Counted from the first letter of the stretch, positions 1-8,802 are shown. The stretch: 27,180 nt of DNA from a virus (IMGVR_UViG_2740892115_000003); one strand, 5' to 3'. The notes: generated by a model not told the origin, from the letters alone. Numbers and translations are program-made.

Positions 1-1005
1 TTAATCCCCCGTGGACACTGCGTGGACACTCACGCCACCTTTCAGCGGATTAAGGGCCACCGCATCCTGCAGGTAATCCGGTGCAAAATGTGCATATGCC
101 ATTGTTTGCTGAATGGTTGCGTGGCCAAGAATCTTCTGAAGCGCAATAATGTTTCCTCCGTTCATCACAAAATGACTGGCGAACGTATGCCGCAGCACAT
201 GCGCAGCCTGGCCTTTTGGCAAATCGGGCTTAACCCTTTTCAGCGCCAGGCAGAATTCCCGGTACTTCACCTCAAACAAGTTGCCTGTTTCTCTGGTTCT
301 GATCGCCTCACAAACCGCCTGTGAAATTGGCACCGTTCTCTTCCGGCCATTTTTAGTTTCAAGAAACGTTACACGGTTATGAACTATCTGTTCACCACGA
401 AGCTTACAAGCTTCACTCCAGCGCGCCCCTGTGCTTAAACACAAAAGCGCAACACGCCAGTAGTCGCCCTCCAGTGTATCGAGCAATAGCGCCACTTCCT
501 TCTGTGACAGGAACGCCATTTCTCGTGGAGATACATAAAGAATAGAAATTCCCCTTACTGGATGTTCTGCATCCCAAAGACCTATTTTTTTCAGCACGGT
601 AAACATTCCGGATAACCGATTCATGTACCTGTTAGCAGATGACGGTTTCAATCCAGCAGCTATCTTTTGAGAACGCCACGCGATAATTTTCAGCTTATCA
701 AGATCCACAGCCTGCATATCAGCGCCAAGCTCATTGATTATGTTGCACAGTTGTTTTCGGTCTTCTTCCGCCTTACGCCTGTGTTGACCGTGATACATCC
801 ACCACAACTCAAGCAAATCATTTAGCGTTCGGCGATCACGGTAGCCCTGTATATATTCCCGCTTTTCAGCGTTCGCCATGATGTAGCGTTCAGTGGCCAC
901 CGCTACCGATTTTTTGTCAAATACCTTACGCACGCGCTTTCCCTTGCGTCCGTTCGGCCTGATGTCCAGCAAATAACGACCATCTTCGAGCTTCTTAATT
1001 GACAT
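1..1005 (-). CDS. int: Tyrosine integrase (P2 Int-like site-specific recombinase)
   Basis: Minus-strand ORF with stop at 1-3 and ATG at 1005-1003 preceded by GGAGGG; C-terminal catalytic region HVLRHTFASHF...LGHATIQQTMAYAH is typical of tyrosine recombinases. The ORF-track start at 1020 is a TTG and less likely. Confidence 0.9.
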   Translation of the reverse strand: MSIKKLEDGRYLLDIRPNGRKGKRVRKVFDKKSVAVATERYIMANAEKREYIQGYRDRRTLNDLLELWWMYHGQHRRKAEEDRKQLCNIINELGADMQAVDLDKLKIIAWRSQKIAAGLKPSSANRYMNRLSGMFTVLKKIGLWDAEHPVRGISILYVSPREMAFLSQKEVALLLDTLEGDYWRVALLCLSTGARWSEACKLRGEQIVHNRVTFLETKNGRKRTVPISQAVCEAIRTRETGNLFEVKYREFCLALKRVKPDLPKGQAAHVLRHTFASHFVMNGGNIIALQKILGHATIQQTMAYAHFAPDYLQDAVALNPLKGGVSVHAVSTGD

Positions 1006-1101
1006 TGCGAAGCCCTCCAATGAACCGCCCTACAATTTCTCCAGCCTCTTTCCAGCAATAATCAGACCAGACAAAGAGCAGGTCTAACCAGTTTTCTGGC
1101 C

Positions 1102-1440
1102 TTAGCGGGGTGATTTTTGGTTTGTTTCGGTTGAAACCTGATCGCCCTCCGAATCGAAGAAGCCATCAAGAGAGAGAGGCGGAGCAATCTGCCCCGTCGC
1201 AGCATTAGTTTGATTAAACATCACCCAATCCGAATACTTCCGAAAACGAGGATGATTCAAAATCAGGAGTAACGTTTCTCCAGGTATCATTCTTCCCAAT
1301 ATTTCATAATTTTTGAGATTGTATTGAGATACCCCTGTCACCTCCTCCATCTCTCTACGTGACAATCCCTCTGCCTCTCGAATCAGGCGAAGTTTTTCTC
1401 CAAGGCTTGATTTATGGATCATATGTGATCTAAACTCCAT
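1102..1440 (-). CDS. C: Immunity repressor, P2 C-like (HTH)
   Basis: Small minus-strand ORF divergent from cox; HTH segment LSRREMEEVTGVSQYNLKNYE and C-terminal FNQTNAATGQIAPPL resemble P2 C (FMTNQIAPESGQIAPAL). In-frame ATGs at 1440 and 1422; true start ambiguous. Confidence 0.8.
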   Translation of the reverse strand: MEFRSHMIHKSSLGEKLRLIREAEGLSRREMEEVTGVSQYNLKNYEILGRMIPGETLLLILNHPRFRKYSDWVMFNQTNAATGQIAPPLSLDGFFDSEGDQVSTETNQKSPR

Positions 1441-1537
1441 GCTATTGGGTTACATGTGATACAAAACATTCAAATAGCCAAAATAAGCCTATATAAGCCA
1501 TTTTGGGCCATTTGGACGAATTAAGGAGATTACCACA
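1441..1537. promoter_or_regulatory. Lysogeny switch region with divergent promoters (Pe-like for cox, Pc-like for C) and operator-like direct repeats
   Basis: Candidate rightward promoter TTCAAA (1469-1474), 17-nt spacer, TATAAG (1492-1497), then AAGGAG RBS (1523-1528) before the cox ATG; direct repeats TAAGCC x2 (1484-1489, 1494-1499) and GCCATTT(T)GG x2 (1498-1517). Confidence 0.4.
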
Positions 1538-1825
1538 ATGAGCGAATCAGAGCTTGAGGGGTTCATTCAGGTAGCACCATATCCACTTGAAGCGGTGCCA
1601 TATCAACTATTTGCCAAGATGATTGGTCGCAAAGAATCAACCGTCAGAACCATGATTGACGCTGCAAAGTTACCAACGATTGACTTTGTAAAACCAGGTT
1701 CAGTGAAGACGCGAGCATCAGAAAACTGGGTATATCTGCCAGCATTTAACGCAGGTATGCGCAAAGCGTTTTTTGATCAGCCGAAAGAACGCCGCGATGC
1801 ATGGTTGTTGTGGCTGGGGCTTTAA
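1538..1825 (+). CDS. cox: Cox-like excisionase / transcriptional regulator
   Basis: 95-aa ORF with strong RBS; shares PYQ.FAK.IG....TVR.MID..KLP.ID and WVYLPA.N...WL.WLGL with P2 Cox as remembered. Confidence 0.85.
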   Translation: MSESELEGFIQVAPYPLEAVPYQLFAKMIGRKESTVRTMIDAAKLPTIDFVKPGSVKTRASENWVYLPAFNAGMRKAFFDQPKERRDAWLLWLGL

Positions 1826-1831
1826 TCATAA

Positions 1832-2038
1832 ATGACCAGCAATATCACCAGCGCCATTTTGGACCTTGTATTCCTAGAAGTGGGTGTAATAGCGATTTAT
1901 CTGCTTAGCAAGCTAACAGGACAAAAAGAACGCTTTATTGTTCTCAACGTTCATTACCTCGCCGCTTATGCCAGAGGTCTTTTTCCGATCACCATTGGTG
2001 CGGTGCTCATGGCGTTTGTTATTTGGCTCATCGGGTAG
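1832..2038 (+). CDS. Small hydrophobic protein (two predicted TM helices), function unknown
   Basis: 68-aa ORF right after cox, ATG at 1832, no clear SD; hydrophobic composition; position corresponds to small early ORFs of P2-like phages. Confidence 0.4.
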   Translation: MTSNITSAILDLVFLEVGVIAIYLLSKLTGQKERFIVLNVHYLAAYARGLFPITIGAVLMAFVIWLIG

Positions 2039-2049
2039 AGGCACGAAAA

Positions 2050-2508
2050 ATGAATAAGCAACAGCGAAATGGCAAGCCCCATAACACGGGACTTCGTCGC
2101 AATTACTTTGAAAATGGGCGTTATGCCGGGGAAGTAAATAGGTACGGAGTTTTTGACATGAAGCAACAGTGCAATTCTTCACAGCAGCGCTTCCGCAACG
2201 GTGCGGAACGCCATGCTAACCGTTTCGCTACCAGTGCATCACGCAGCAGCTCTCGCTACAGCCTGAGCGAAACGCATGCAACACCAGACGGACACGCTGT
2301 AAAACAAATCGGCGAGCACACCTGGCTGATTGAGAAAGCAGGAATCGTGGTTCACAGATGCCCACGCAATCCGTTTACCGGAAACCGCATTTTTGCTCTG
2401 AGCAACGGCGACAATCACTTCGGACAGGATTTCACATTATACGAAGCACTTCGCACGGTTGATCGTCTGCTTCGCGGGCAAAGTTTTATTAAACAGGCTG
2501 ATTTATAA
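2050..2508 (+). CDS. Early-operon protein, unknown function (basic, Arg/Ser-rich N-terminus)
   Basis: In-frame ATG at 2050 with GAGG 9 nt upstream; the ORF-track start at 2023 is TTG; codon-like composition over 152 aa. Confidence 0.55.
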   Translation: MNKQQRNGKPHNTGLRRNYFENGRYAGEVNRYGVFDMKQQCNSSQQRFRNGAERHANRFATSASRSSSRYSLSETHATPDGHAVKQIGEHTWLIEKAGIVVHRCPRNPFTGNRIFALSNGDNHFGQDFTLYEALRTVDRLLRGQSFIKQADL

Positions 2509-2518
2509 CAGGTGCTTT

Positions 2519-2806
2519 ATGACCAAAGAGCATGCACAAGGTGTATTTATCCGTTTTATTGATTTTCGCGGTGAACTGTTATTACGCGCATCCGCTATTG
2601 ATGGAGTGGCTCCGGCGGGTAAAAACGGAGCCGACGAAGCCACTTACGTTTATCTGAACGGCACGCGACTGCTTGTGGAACTTCCGTACCAGACCGTACG
2701 AGAAATCATTAGTGAAGCTGAAAAGGCACGCCTGGCTAATGGCGATGAACCCTATATCGAAATTATTTGTATGGATTCAGAAACTGAAATTCAGAAAGCA
2801 GATTAA
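2519..2806 (+). CDS. Early-operon protein, unknown function
   Basis: ATG at 2519 with AGGTG upstream; 95 aa; tightly packed after the preceding ORF. Confidence 0.55.
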   Translation: MTKEHAQGVFIRFIDFRGELLLRASAIDGVAPAGKNGADEATYVYLNGTRLLVELPYQTVREIISEAEKARLANGDEPYIEIICMDSETEIQKAD

Positions 2807-2817
2807 AGGGCGTTGCG

Positions 2818-3060
2818 ATGGGCAAAGAATATAAAACTCTCATTAACAAAGCACTTGAGCGTTTTTATTTTCGCTTAAGTGCATCAGGCGCTCATGCTGA
2901 ACGTGCAGCCCGTGACTCATTGACCAGGGCAATCCGGAGTCTGTATGACGTGGCTTTTTACGCTGATGATCTGGATGCACTTAACGAACTTTCCGAGCTG
3001 ATCTGTGCCGCAGAATGCGGGGAACATATTGAACCGTATAAGCTGAGGAATATTGCATGA
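2818..3060 (+). CDS. Early-operon protein, unknown function
   Basis: ATG at 2818, 80 aa; stop overlaps the start of the next small ORF (ATGA). Confidence 0.55.
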   Translation: MGKEYKTLINKALERFYFRLSASGAHAERAARDSLTRAIRSLYDVAFYADDLDALNELSELICAAECGEHIEPYKLRNIA

Positions 3061-3170
3061 GTATATTTATCTCATGGCTTGTTCTGATTATTTCGGTAGC
3101 CTGCGCCATTGGGATTATGCGAATTATTCATTCAGTAAAAAAGATTGAACGCTTTTTCACTGGTGAATAA
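3057..3170 (+). CDS. Putative 37-aa single-pass membrane peptide (below ORF-track size cutoff)
   Basis: ATG at 3057 overlaps the upstream stop (ATGA); GAGGA 9 nt upstream; translation MSIFISWLVLIISVACAIGIMRIIHSVKKIERFFTGE is one hydrophobic helix plus a basic tail. Confidence 0.4.
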   Translation: MSIFISWLVLIISVACAIGIMRIIHSVKKIERFFTGE

Positions 3171-3263
3171 CGATACAAATAAAGCATCAAATTAAATAAG
3201 AAAACGTGAAAACCTTCCGTATTAACGGAGGTATTCGCACACGCAAATAACGGAGATACAAAA

Positions 3264-3674
3264 ATGCACGCAAAAGAAGAAGGTATCATCAGAGCACTGA
3301 AAGAAATTTCAAAGACAGAAAACGAAGTAGCGAAAAAAGCCGTGGCAAATGCACATATGGACGTCGCAACCCACACACTGATAGTCGCAAGAGTCACGGC
3401 AGAAGCAGCCGAAATTATCGCAAAACAGGATGCTGAACTGGCGGTTCTCAGAACACAACCAGTCACCGGACTGGATTTGTCTAACACCGGACGCCTTATT
3501 TACACAATTGGCTCGGAGCTACAGCGATACACCATTATCGCCGGATTACAGGATAAATACCTGATCACTCCTCACCCCATAAGGGAATCAGAAATTCTGA
3601 CAAATCTCCGCCTGATAGAGCGCTCTCAAGTCGCATTCATTGATGACGCACAGCGCACCGTATTTAACGCATAG
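3264..3674 (+). CDS. Early-operon protein, unknown function
   Basis: 136-aa ORF, ATG at 3264 with GGAG upstream; balanced amino-acid composition. Confidence 0.6.
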   Translation: MHAKEEGIIRALKEISKTENEVAKKAVANAHMDVATHTLIVARVTAEAAEIIAKQDAELAVLRTQPVTGLDLSNTGRLIYTIGSELQRYTIIAGLQDKYLITPHPIRESEILTNLRLIERSQVAFIDDAQRTVFNA

Positions 3675-3697
3675 GGTTATTGGACAAAGGGGGCGCA

Positions 3698-3901
3698 GTG
3701 GCAATTAAGCGTTTTTCCGTCATTCGTTTCACCTCCAGAGGGCGTGAATACGAAGTTGACGAACGGCTGATTAAAACGATCGACCGTCACCGTTCGCAAC
3801 CTGACGCGCATCACATTTATCTCACTGACGACACTTACTTCTGCGCCACCAACGTGGTGCAGGTGAATCTTATCAGACTGGTACAGGAGTCACGCAGATG
3901 A
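3698..3901 (+). CDS. Small early protein, unknown function
   Basis: ORF-track start 3680 is TTG; in-frame GTG at 3698 has AGGGGG 7 nt upstream and is preferred; ends by overlapping the next ATG. Confidence 0.45.
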   Translation: MAIKRFSVIRFTSRGREYEVDERLIKTIDRHRSQPDAHHIYLTDDTYFCATNVVQVNLIRLVQESRR

Positions 3902-4143
3902 CCATTCTGGACTACATCGCCGCCAATCCGGGTTGTAGCGGTGGAGAAATCGCCGCAGCACTGAATACCCCAACCACAGCCATTAATGCGGAGTTACGCC
4001 GACTCTGGCGCAGCGGTTCAGTCATAAGAAAAGAGCGCAAAACAGGTGGTCGCTTTTCTTACCAGATAAACCCGATGCCGTTCGGGTGCGGCAATCCACT
4101 TACCAACATGTTTAACCAGCTACTGAAGGAAGCCAGAGCATGA
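3898..4143 (+). CDS. Small winged-helix-like DNA-binding protein
   Basis: 81 aa; CAGGAG RBS; N-terminal LDYIAANPGCSGGEIAAALNTPTTAINAELRRLWRSG reads as a MarR/ArsR-type winged helix. Confidence 0.55.
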   Translation: MTILDYIAANPGCSGGEIAAALNTPTTAINAELRRLWRSGSVIRKERKTGGRFSYQINPMPFGCGNPLTNMFNQLLKEARA

Positions 4144-4439
4144 GCACCATCAACCACCAGGAACTACGCGAACTGGCGACTGACCTGCAACGAATGGCAA
4201 CGCATCAAAAATTACTGGCGTTTCGCGCAATGCTCTCGCCATCTGCCGTGCTGGCACTGCTGGATGAGCTGGAGCACGCCAGAACCATGGCTCCTGCCAT
4301 TCGTCTGACGCTCCATCATGAAATCAAGGATTTCTGCGCGACGCTGGAGTCACCAGGTGAATCAGAAACGCCGGAAGCAATGCAGCAGGAGCTGCTGCAA
4401 CGCATCGACAACGTTTTCGATTTTTTCCTTAACCAGTAA
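4140..4439 (+). CDS. Early-operon protein, unknown function (acidic, helical)
   Basis: 99 aa; start overlaps the preceding stop (ATGA). Confidence 0.55.
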   Translation: MSTINHQELRELATDLQRMATHQKLLAFRAMLSPSAVLALLDELEHARTMAPAIRLTLHHEIKDFCATLESPGESETPEAMQQELLQRIDNVFDFFLNQ

Positions 4440-4453
4440 GGGAGTAAATCACA

Positions 4454-5005
4454 ATGAAACTCAAACCAATGGGTACACCTGGTGTGGCTCCGGCACATGT
4501 AAAACCATGGACACAGCAGGAGGATGAACTTTTAGCCACGTTATACCACTCCCACACAGCGCCGGAGCTGACAAAACACCTTCAGAGAACCGAGTCAGCA
4601 ATACGAAGTCGCATCCGTCTTTTGCTCTCTCAGGGGGTTATTCACGCCAAACGCCCCCACCTGAGCACAAAAGAACTCAGCATGCTCATCAGGAATCGCC
4701 ACACAAAAACTATCCGGGAACTCGCGAATGAGCTGGGGCGCTCGCCATCCACGGTGGAACTGAACCTGAGAAAAAGAGGGTATCGGTTCAGGAAATACGG
4801 GGAACTCCACCACAGAACCAGATACAGCGATCACCTGGTGGAGTTGGTAACTGAACTGCGTGATGAGAAGGGGATGACATTCAGCGAAATCAGGAAGCAC
4901 ATCCGGGACACAGCCGGGATATCCCTTAAAAGATGGGTTCCCGCCCGGCTTTACGCACGATATACCGCCGCTGACACCGTGCTTTGCGAACTGCTACCGG
5001 ACTGA
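4454..5005 (+). CDS. Putative DNA-binding protein with Myb/SANT-like and HTH-like segments
   Basis: 183 aa; AGGGAG RBS; PWTQQEDELLATLY...RTESAIRSRIRLL fits a Myb/SANT-like pattern, followed by IRELANELGRSPSTVELNLRKRG. Confidence 0.55.
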   Translation: MKLKPMGTPGVAPAHVKPWTQQEDELLATLYHSHTAPELTKHLQRTESAIRSRIRLLLSQGVIHAKRPHLSTKELSMLIRNRHTKTIRELANELGRSPSTVELNLRKRGYRFRKYGELHHRTRYSDHLVELVTELRDEKGMTFSEIRKHIRDTAGISLKRWVPARLYARYTAADTVLCELLPD

Positions 5006-5125
5006 GTAACCACTATGCACACACAAAAAAACCGCTTGCCATGCCGCAATCAGTCAGGTTACATTTTCGCTGCACCTCATAAAACGGGTGCCGGGTTTCG
5101 CAGCCTGCTGACAACCAAAGCGCAC

Positions 5126-5147
5126 AACCGCGCCAGCGGTTTTTTTG
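5126..5147 (+). terminator. Rho-independent terminator-like hairpin after the 4454-5005 gene
   Basis: Stem AACCGC (5126-5131), loop GCCA, stem GCGGTT (5136-5141), then a run of seven T (5140-5146). Confidence 0.5.
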
Positions 5148-5158
5148 TGCGTACTGTA

Positions 5159-5187
5159 TTGCCACGTTTTTTTCGCACACGAATTAT
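5159..5187 (+). promoter_or_regulatory. Candidate sigma70-type promoter immediately upstream of the structured element
   Basis: TTGCCA (5159-5164), 17-nt spacer, AATTAT (5182-5187); moderate match only. Confidence 0.3.
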
Positions 5188-5263
5188 GGCGGGGCGTACG
5201 GGGCCGACTTCGGTCGGGCCGGGTTCTTTGGTTGCCGGTACTGCGAACCCCGTACGTCTCGCC
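5188..5263 (+). ncRNA. Candidate structured RNA element (small RNA or structured 5' leader), strand-specific fold
   Basis: 16-bp closing helix 5188-5203 with 5248-5263 including two G-U pairs (only possible on the + strand RNA); inner hairpin CCGAC-TTCG-GTCGG (5204-5217); second inner stem GCCGG (5218-5222) with CCGGT (5235-5239). Confidence 0.3.
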
Positions 5264-5325
5264 ACCCACAGTTTCGCAGCTCTGGATGGTGAGTTTTCAA
5301 AACTTACAACCAAAGAGGCCACACC

Positions 5326-5556
5326 ATGGCAAACCGCAAACAGCACCGCGCTATCGCGGAGCGTCGTCACATCCAGACTGAAATCGATCGCAGACTCACC
5401 CGCGCCGCACACATCGCCTTTATCATGCAATCCAACACATTGCACAGACTCAACAGCACTATTTCAGCCGACTACTGCGCCGCTGTATTCAGCTATCTGG
5501 CGGAAGACCTCCTGTCTCTTCAGGATCTCATCCAGCAGCAAAACAAACTCCATTAA
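5326..5556 (+). CDS. Small protein, unknown function (76 aa)
   Basis: ATG at 5326 with AAAGAGG 8 nt upstream; balanced composition; overlapped by a longer + ORF (5015-5632) judged spurious. Confidence 0.4.
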   Translation: MANRKQHRAIAERRHIQTEIDRRLTRAAHIAFIMQSNTLHRLNSTISADYCAAVFSYLAEDLLSLQDLIQQQNKLH

Positions 5557-5628
5557 TTCCTGTTCCGGGCCTTTCTTGCACCTTGCGGCGGGAGGCCTTC
5601 GCACATCTGTAACCAGAGGATTGCCGCA

Positions 5629-5994
5629 ATGATTCTCGCCAACGACTTTCTTGAATACCTGCTCAACACAGAGCGTGATCTTGCCGTTCGCGTGCGTGAC
5701 CGTTATGACATGTACCTGAAATCCCTGCCTGTACCGCAGCTCGCTGACGGAAAGATTGTTATTGATGGCCGCTACATGATTGACAGCCACGAGGGAAATT
5801 ACAGGCTTTACCGCATTGAAGGTGGCACCCCGTCCGTTATTGGCATTTACCAGCGCCCATCCTCTGCAATCGTCGATGTGATTGCCGACAGCATCCGCAT
5901 CACACATCGCCATGCCGACACAGAAGACACCGTGCTGGAAATTCAGCGGCTGGCTGCCGTCTGCCGCGACACCCTGAATGGCATGACGAAGTAA
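5629..5994 (+). CDS. Protein of unknown function immediately upstream of replication gene A
   Basis: 121 aa; ATG at 5629 with AGAGGA upstream; ends 6 nt before the A start. Confidence 0.6.
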   Translation: MILANDFLEYLLNTERDLAVRVRDRYDMYLKSLPVPQLADGKIVIDGRYMIDSHEGNYRLYRIEGGTPSVIGIYQRPSSAIVDVIADSIRITHRHADTEDTVLEIQRLAAVCRDTLNGMTK

Positions 5995-6000
5995 ATCACT

Positions 6001-8802
6001 ATGACGGCAGAGTACATCAGGGACTGGCAACAACCGCGCCACGCGGTGGGGCGTGAAGGAACGGGGATCCCCGCTCCTGAATCCGCGCTTTCCTCCTGGC
6101 TGGGCGCCTACCGGGTAGAGAACGAGCGCCGCCAGGAAATGGCTGATGCGGCGTTCTCCGCCACGCCGCTGGGCAACCTGATTAATAAAAGCTTGGACGC
6201 ACAGGAAAAACAGGACAAAACCATCACACTGGCAGGAGACGCCAGAAAACAGGCACGCGGCGCGGTGGATGAAGCCATGGCCTCGCTGCGCCTGCTGCCG
6301 TCCTATCTGCGCGATCCGCTTATTCGCCACCTCTCCTTCCTGCGCAAAAAACAGGAAGCCGATCGCCGGAAAGGCAAAAAGAGCTGGCAGGCGGAACGCT
6401 ATGCACGCGGAACCCTGCGCAAAATATTCGAACGTCTGGACCGCACCGATCACCGCTGGCTGACACCGGGTTATCGCTCCCTTGCTGGACGCGAACGCCT
6501 GGACGATTTGCTTTACCTGCCGCAGCTCAACAAACACCAGATACAGACGCTGGCCACCATGACGGCGGCGATGTTCAGCAGCACCTTCGAAAAACTCTGC
6601 GATGGCTTTGGCGCGACTGATGGCGAACTGACCATGGATGTAACGCTGAAGGCGTATCAGATGCTGGCCCGCATGGCGTTACACCTGCACGCCATGCCTC
6701 CACATTATGACTCACTGACAACAGACAAAGACCGGAGGAACGAACCGGACACAGAGCTGCTGCCGGGCGCAATCCTTCGCCTGACCTGTGCGGAATGGTG
6801 GAAACGCAAACTATGGCTGTTACGTTGCGAGTGGAGAGAAGAACAACTCCGCGCCGCCTGTCTGGTTTCCAGAAAAACATCGCCCTATCTGAGCCAGGAC
6901 GCGTTAAGCGAGTTTCGCGCACAGCGCGAGAAAACACGCGATTTCCTGAAAAGTTTCATGCTGGAAAACGAAGACGGGTTCACGATTGATCTCGAGACAG
7001 TGTATTACGCGGGAGTAAGTAACCCGGTTCACCGTAAGGCAGAAATGATGGCCACCATGAAGGGACTGGAACTTCTGGCCGAAGCCCGTGGCGACAGAGC
7101 GGTGTTTCTGACTGTCACCTGCCCGTCAAAATACCACGCAACAACGGAGAACGGTCATCCGAACCCCAAATGGAACGGGGCCACCATGCGCGACTCCAGC
7201 GATTACCTGGTTAACACGTTTTTTGCGGCGGTCCGCAAAAAACTGAACCGCGACGGCCTGCGCTGGTATGGCATCCGCACGGTGGAGCCTCACCATGACG
7301 GCACCGTGCACTGGCATATGATGGTCTTTGCTCATCCGGAAGAAATCGACAGCATCGTGGCCATCACCCGCGATATTGCCATTCAGGAAGACCGCCACGA
7401 GCTGGGCAATGATATTACTCCGCGCTTTAAAGTGGAGTATGTCGACGGCTCAAAAGGCACACCAACCAGCTATATCGCGACCTACATCGGGAAAAACCTG
7501 GACAGCCGCGCCGTGGATGGCATCGACCCGAAAACGGGCAAACCACGCGTTGACCACGAAACCGGAAAATCAATGGCCGAGAGCGTGGAGCGCGCCATCG
7601 GTTGGGCACGCCTTCACCGGGTCCGCCAGTTCCAGTTCTTTGGCATCCCCTCCCGTCAGGTGTGGCGTGAACTCCGCCGCCTTGCCAGCCAGATGGCACG
7701 CAACCCGGAAGGCCCGCAACGGCTGAAGGATGACGCAATGGATGCGGTACTCGCTGCCGCTGATGCCGGATGTTTTGCCACCTACATAGAGAAACAGGGC
7801 GGCGTACTTGTTCCACGCAAAGACTACCTGATTCGCACCGCCTACGACCTCGCCGATGAGCTGAACGATTACGGCGAACAGAGTGTACAGATTTACGGGA
7901 TCTGGTCACCACTCATCGGGGAATCCTCCCGTGTGTGCACGCACCCGGATAACTGGAAGCTGGTAAGACGTAAACCGGAACAGGAAGGCAGCGCCCACGA
8001 AAATGGTTTTGACCTTCAGGGCGGCCCTGCCGCCCCTTGGACTCGTGGCAATAACTGTCCCCGTGTACAGGAAACGGACAACAACGGGACAGAACAGCCG
8101 GAAGAACGGCCAGCACCGTGGCCGCAGCTTCCTGACGGCGTTGACGTGAACGAATGGATGCGCTCACTGAAACGGCACGAACGCCGGGCGCTGATGCATT
8201 CGCTGCGTGACAAACAGGCAAAAAACAGCAGTGATGAAATGCAGAGCTGGACACAGAGCCGCAAACAGCAGCGGCCTTTGCCTGATAACCACGAATTACT
8301 CGCTAAAGAATGGCGGGAGTCTGCCGAATCTCTCGGCCTGCATATCGGTGAACAGCAGATGCAGCACCTGTTACGGGGCGGCAGTCTGTACGTTGACGGC
8401 AGCATCATTGCACCGCAGGGATTTGAAATTGTACGCAAACCGGATACCCGACCGGACAGCCGGATCACGCAGCTCTGGCAGCGCCTGAGCCGTAACCACG
8501 GCGTAAGCAGTACGGAGATCCGCCATAACCCGGTCGCCAGCTATCTGGAACAGCTGAGGGCATCAGACCCCGAAGCCGCCGCACGCCTGGCATCCACACT
8601 TCAGCAAGACCAGAACACCATGAAAACACCCGTTACCGTGCTTTCTGACATGCTGCGCGCCATCCGCGACGCAGAGCACGCACAGAGAATCAGTGAAACC
8701 ACTGAACGCGCCCGCCGCAAAGCAGACCTGCTGCGGGGTGGCCTGACCAGTGGAAACAAAAAACAGACAGAAACGGGATTTCAGAATCCCGTAAACGATT
8801 AA
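6001..8802 (+). CDS. A: Replication initiation endonuclease, P2 A-like (rolling-circle initiator)
   Basis: 933-aa ORF; central region carries the HUH-type metal motif VEPHHDGTVHWHMMVF and the catalytic tyrosine motif YIATYIGKN, as in the P2/186 A family. Confidence 0.9.
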   Translation: MTAEYIRDWQQPRHAVGREGTGIPAPESALSSWLGAYRVENERRQEMADAAFSATPLGNLINKSLDAQEKQDKTITLAGDARKQARGAVDEAMASLRLLPSYLRDPLIRHLSFLRKKQEADRRKGKKSWQAERYARGTLRKIFERLDRTDHRWLTPGYRSLAGRERLDDLLYLPQLNKHQIQTLATMTAAMFSSTFEKLCDGFGATDGELTMDVTLKAYQMLARMALHLHAMPPHYDSLTTDKDRRNEPDTELLPGAILRLTCAEWWKRKLWLLRCEWREEQLRAACLVSRKTSPYLSQDALSEFRAQREKTRDFLKSFMLENEDGFTIDLETVYYAGVSNPVHRKAEMMATMKGLELLAEARGDRAVFLTVTCPSKYHATTENGHPNPKWNGATMRDSSDYLVNTFFAAVRKKLNRDGLRWYGIRTVEPHHDGTVHWHMMVFAHPEEIDSIVAITRDIAIQEDRHELGNDITPRFKVEYVDGSKGTPTSYIATYIGKNLDSRAVDGIDPKTGKPRVDHETGKSMAESVERAIGWARLHRVRQFQFFGIPSRQVWRELRRLASQMARNPEGPQRLKDDAMDAVLAAADAGCFATYIEKQGGVLVPRKDYLIRTAYDLADELNDYGEQSVQIYGIWSPLIGESSRVCTHPDNWKLVRRKPEQEGSAHENGFDLQGGPAAPWTRGNNCPRVQETDNNGTEQPEERPAPWPQLPDGVDVNEWMRSLKRHERRALMHSLRDKQAKNSSDEMQSWTQSRKQQRPLPDNHELLAKEWRESAESLGLHIGEQQMQHLLRGGSLYVDGSIIAPQGFEIVRKPDTRPDSRITQLWQRLSRNHGVSSTEIRHNPVASYLEQLRASDPEAAARLASTLQQDQNTMKTPVTVLSDMLRAIRDAEHAQRISETTERARRKADLLRGGLTSGNKKQTETGFQNPVND

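Noticed and set aside
22-324. 100-aa + strand ORF
   Set aside because: Lies entirely antisense within the integrase gene; no RBS; odd composition. Shadow ORF.
5188-5263. Possible tRNA gene
   Set aside because: Considered because of the long closing helix and a GGTTC segment, but the arm lengths (16-bp closing helix, 5-bp UUCG hairpin) do not fit a cloverleaf and there is no canonical T-loop or anticodon arm. Kept only as a generic structured RNA candidate.
5015-5632. 205-aa + strand ORF spanning the terminator and structured element
   Set aside because: Runs through an intrinsic terminator and a 16-bp RNA helix; Arg/Ser/Thr/Pro-rich low-complexity translation; overlaps the better-supported small ORF 5326-5556 in another frame.
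5464-6537. 357-aa minus-strand ORF
   Set aside because: Antisense to the 5629-5994 ORF and the start of gene A, both of which have RBSs and protein-like composition; translation is Ala/Gly/Arg-rich and typical of a GC-driven shadow frame.
7427-8468. Several 90-160 aa minus-strand ORFs (7427-7912, 7913-8254, 8016-8468)
   Set aside because: All lie antisense inside gene A; Arg/Cys/Ser-rich translations; no independent support.
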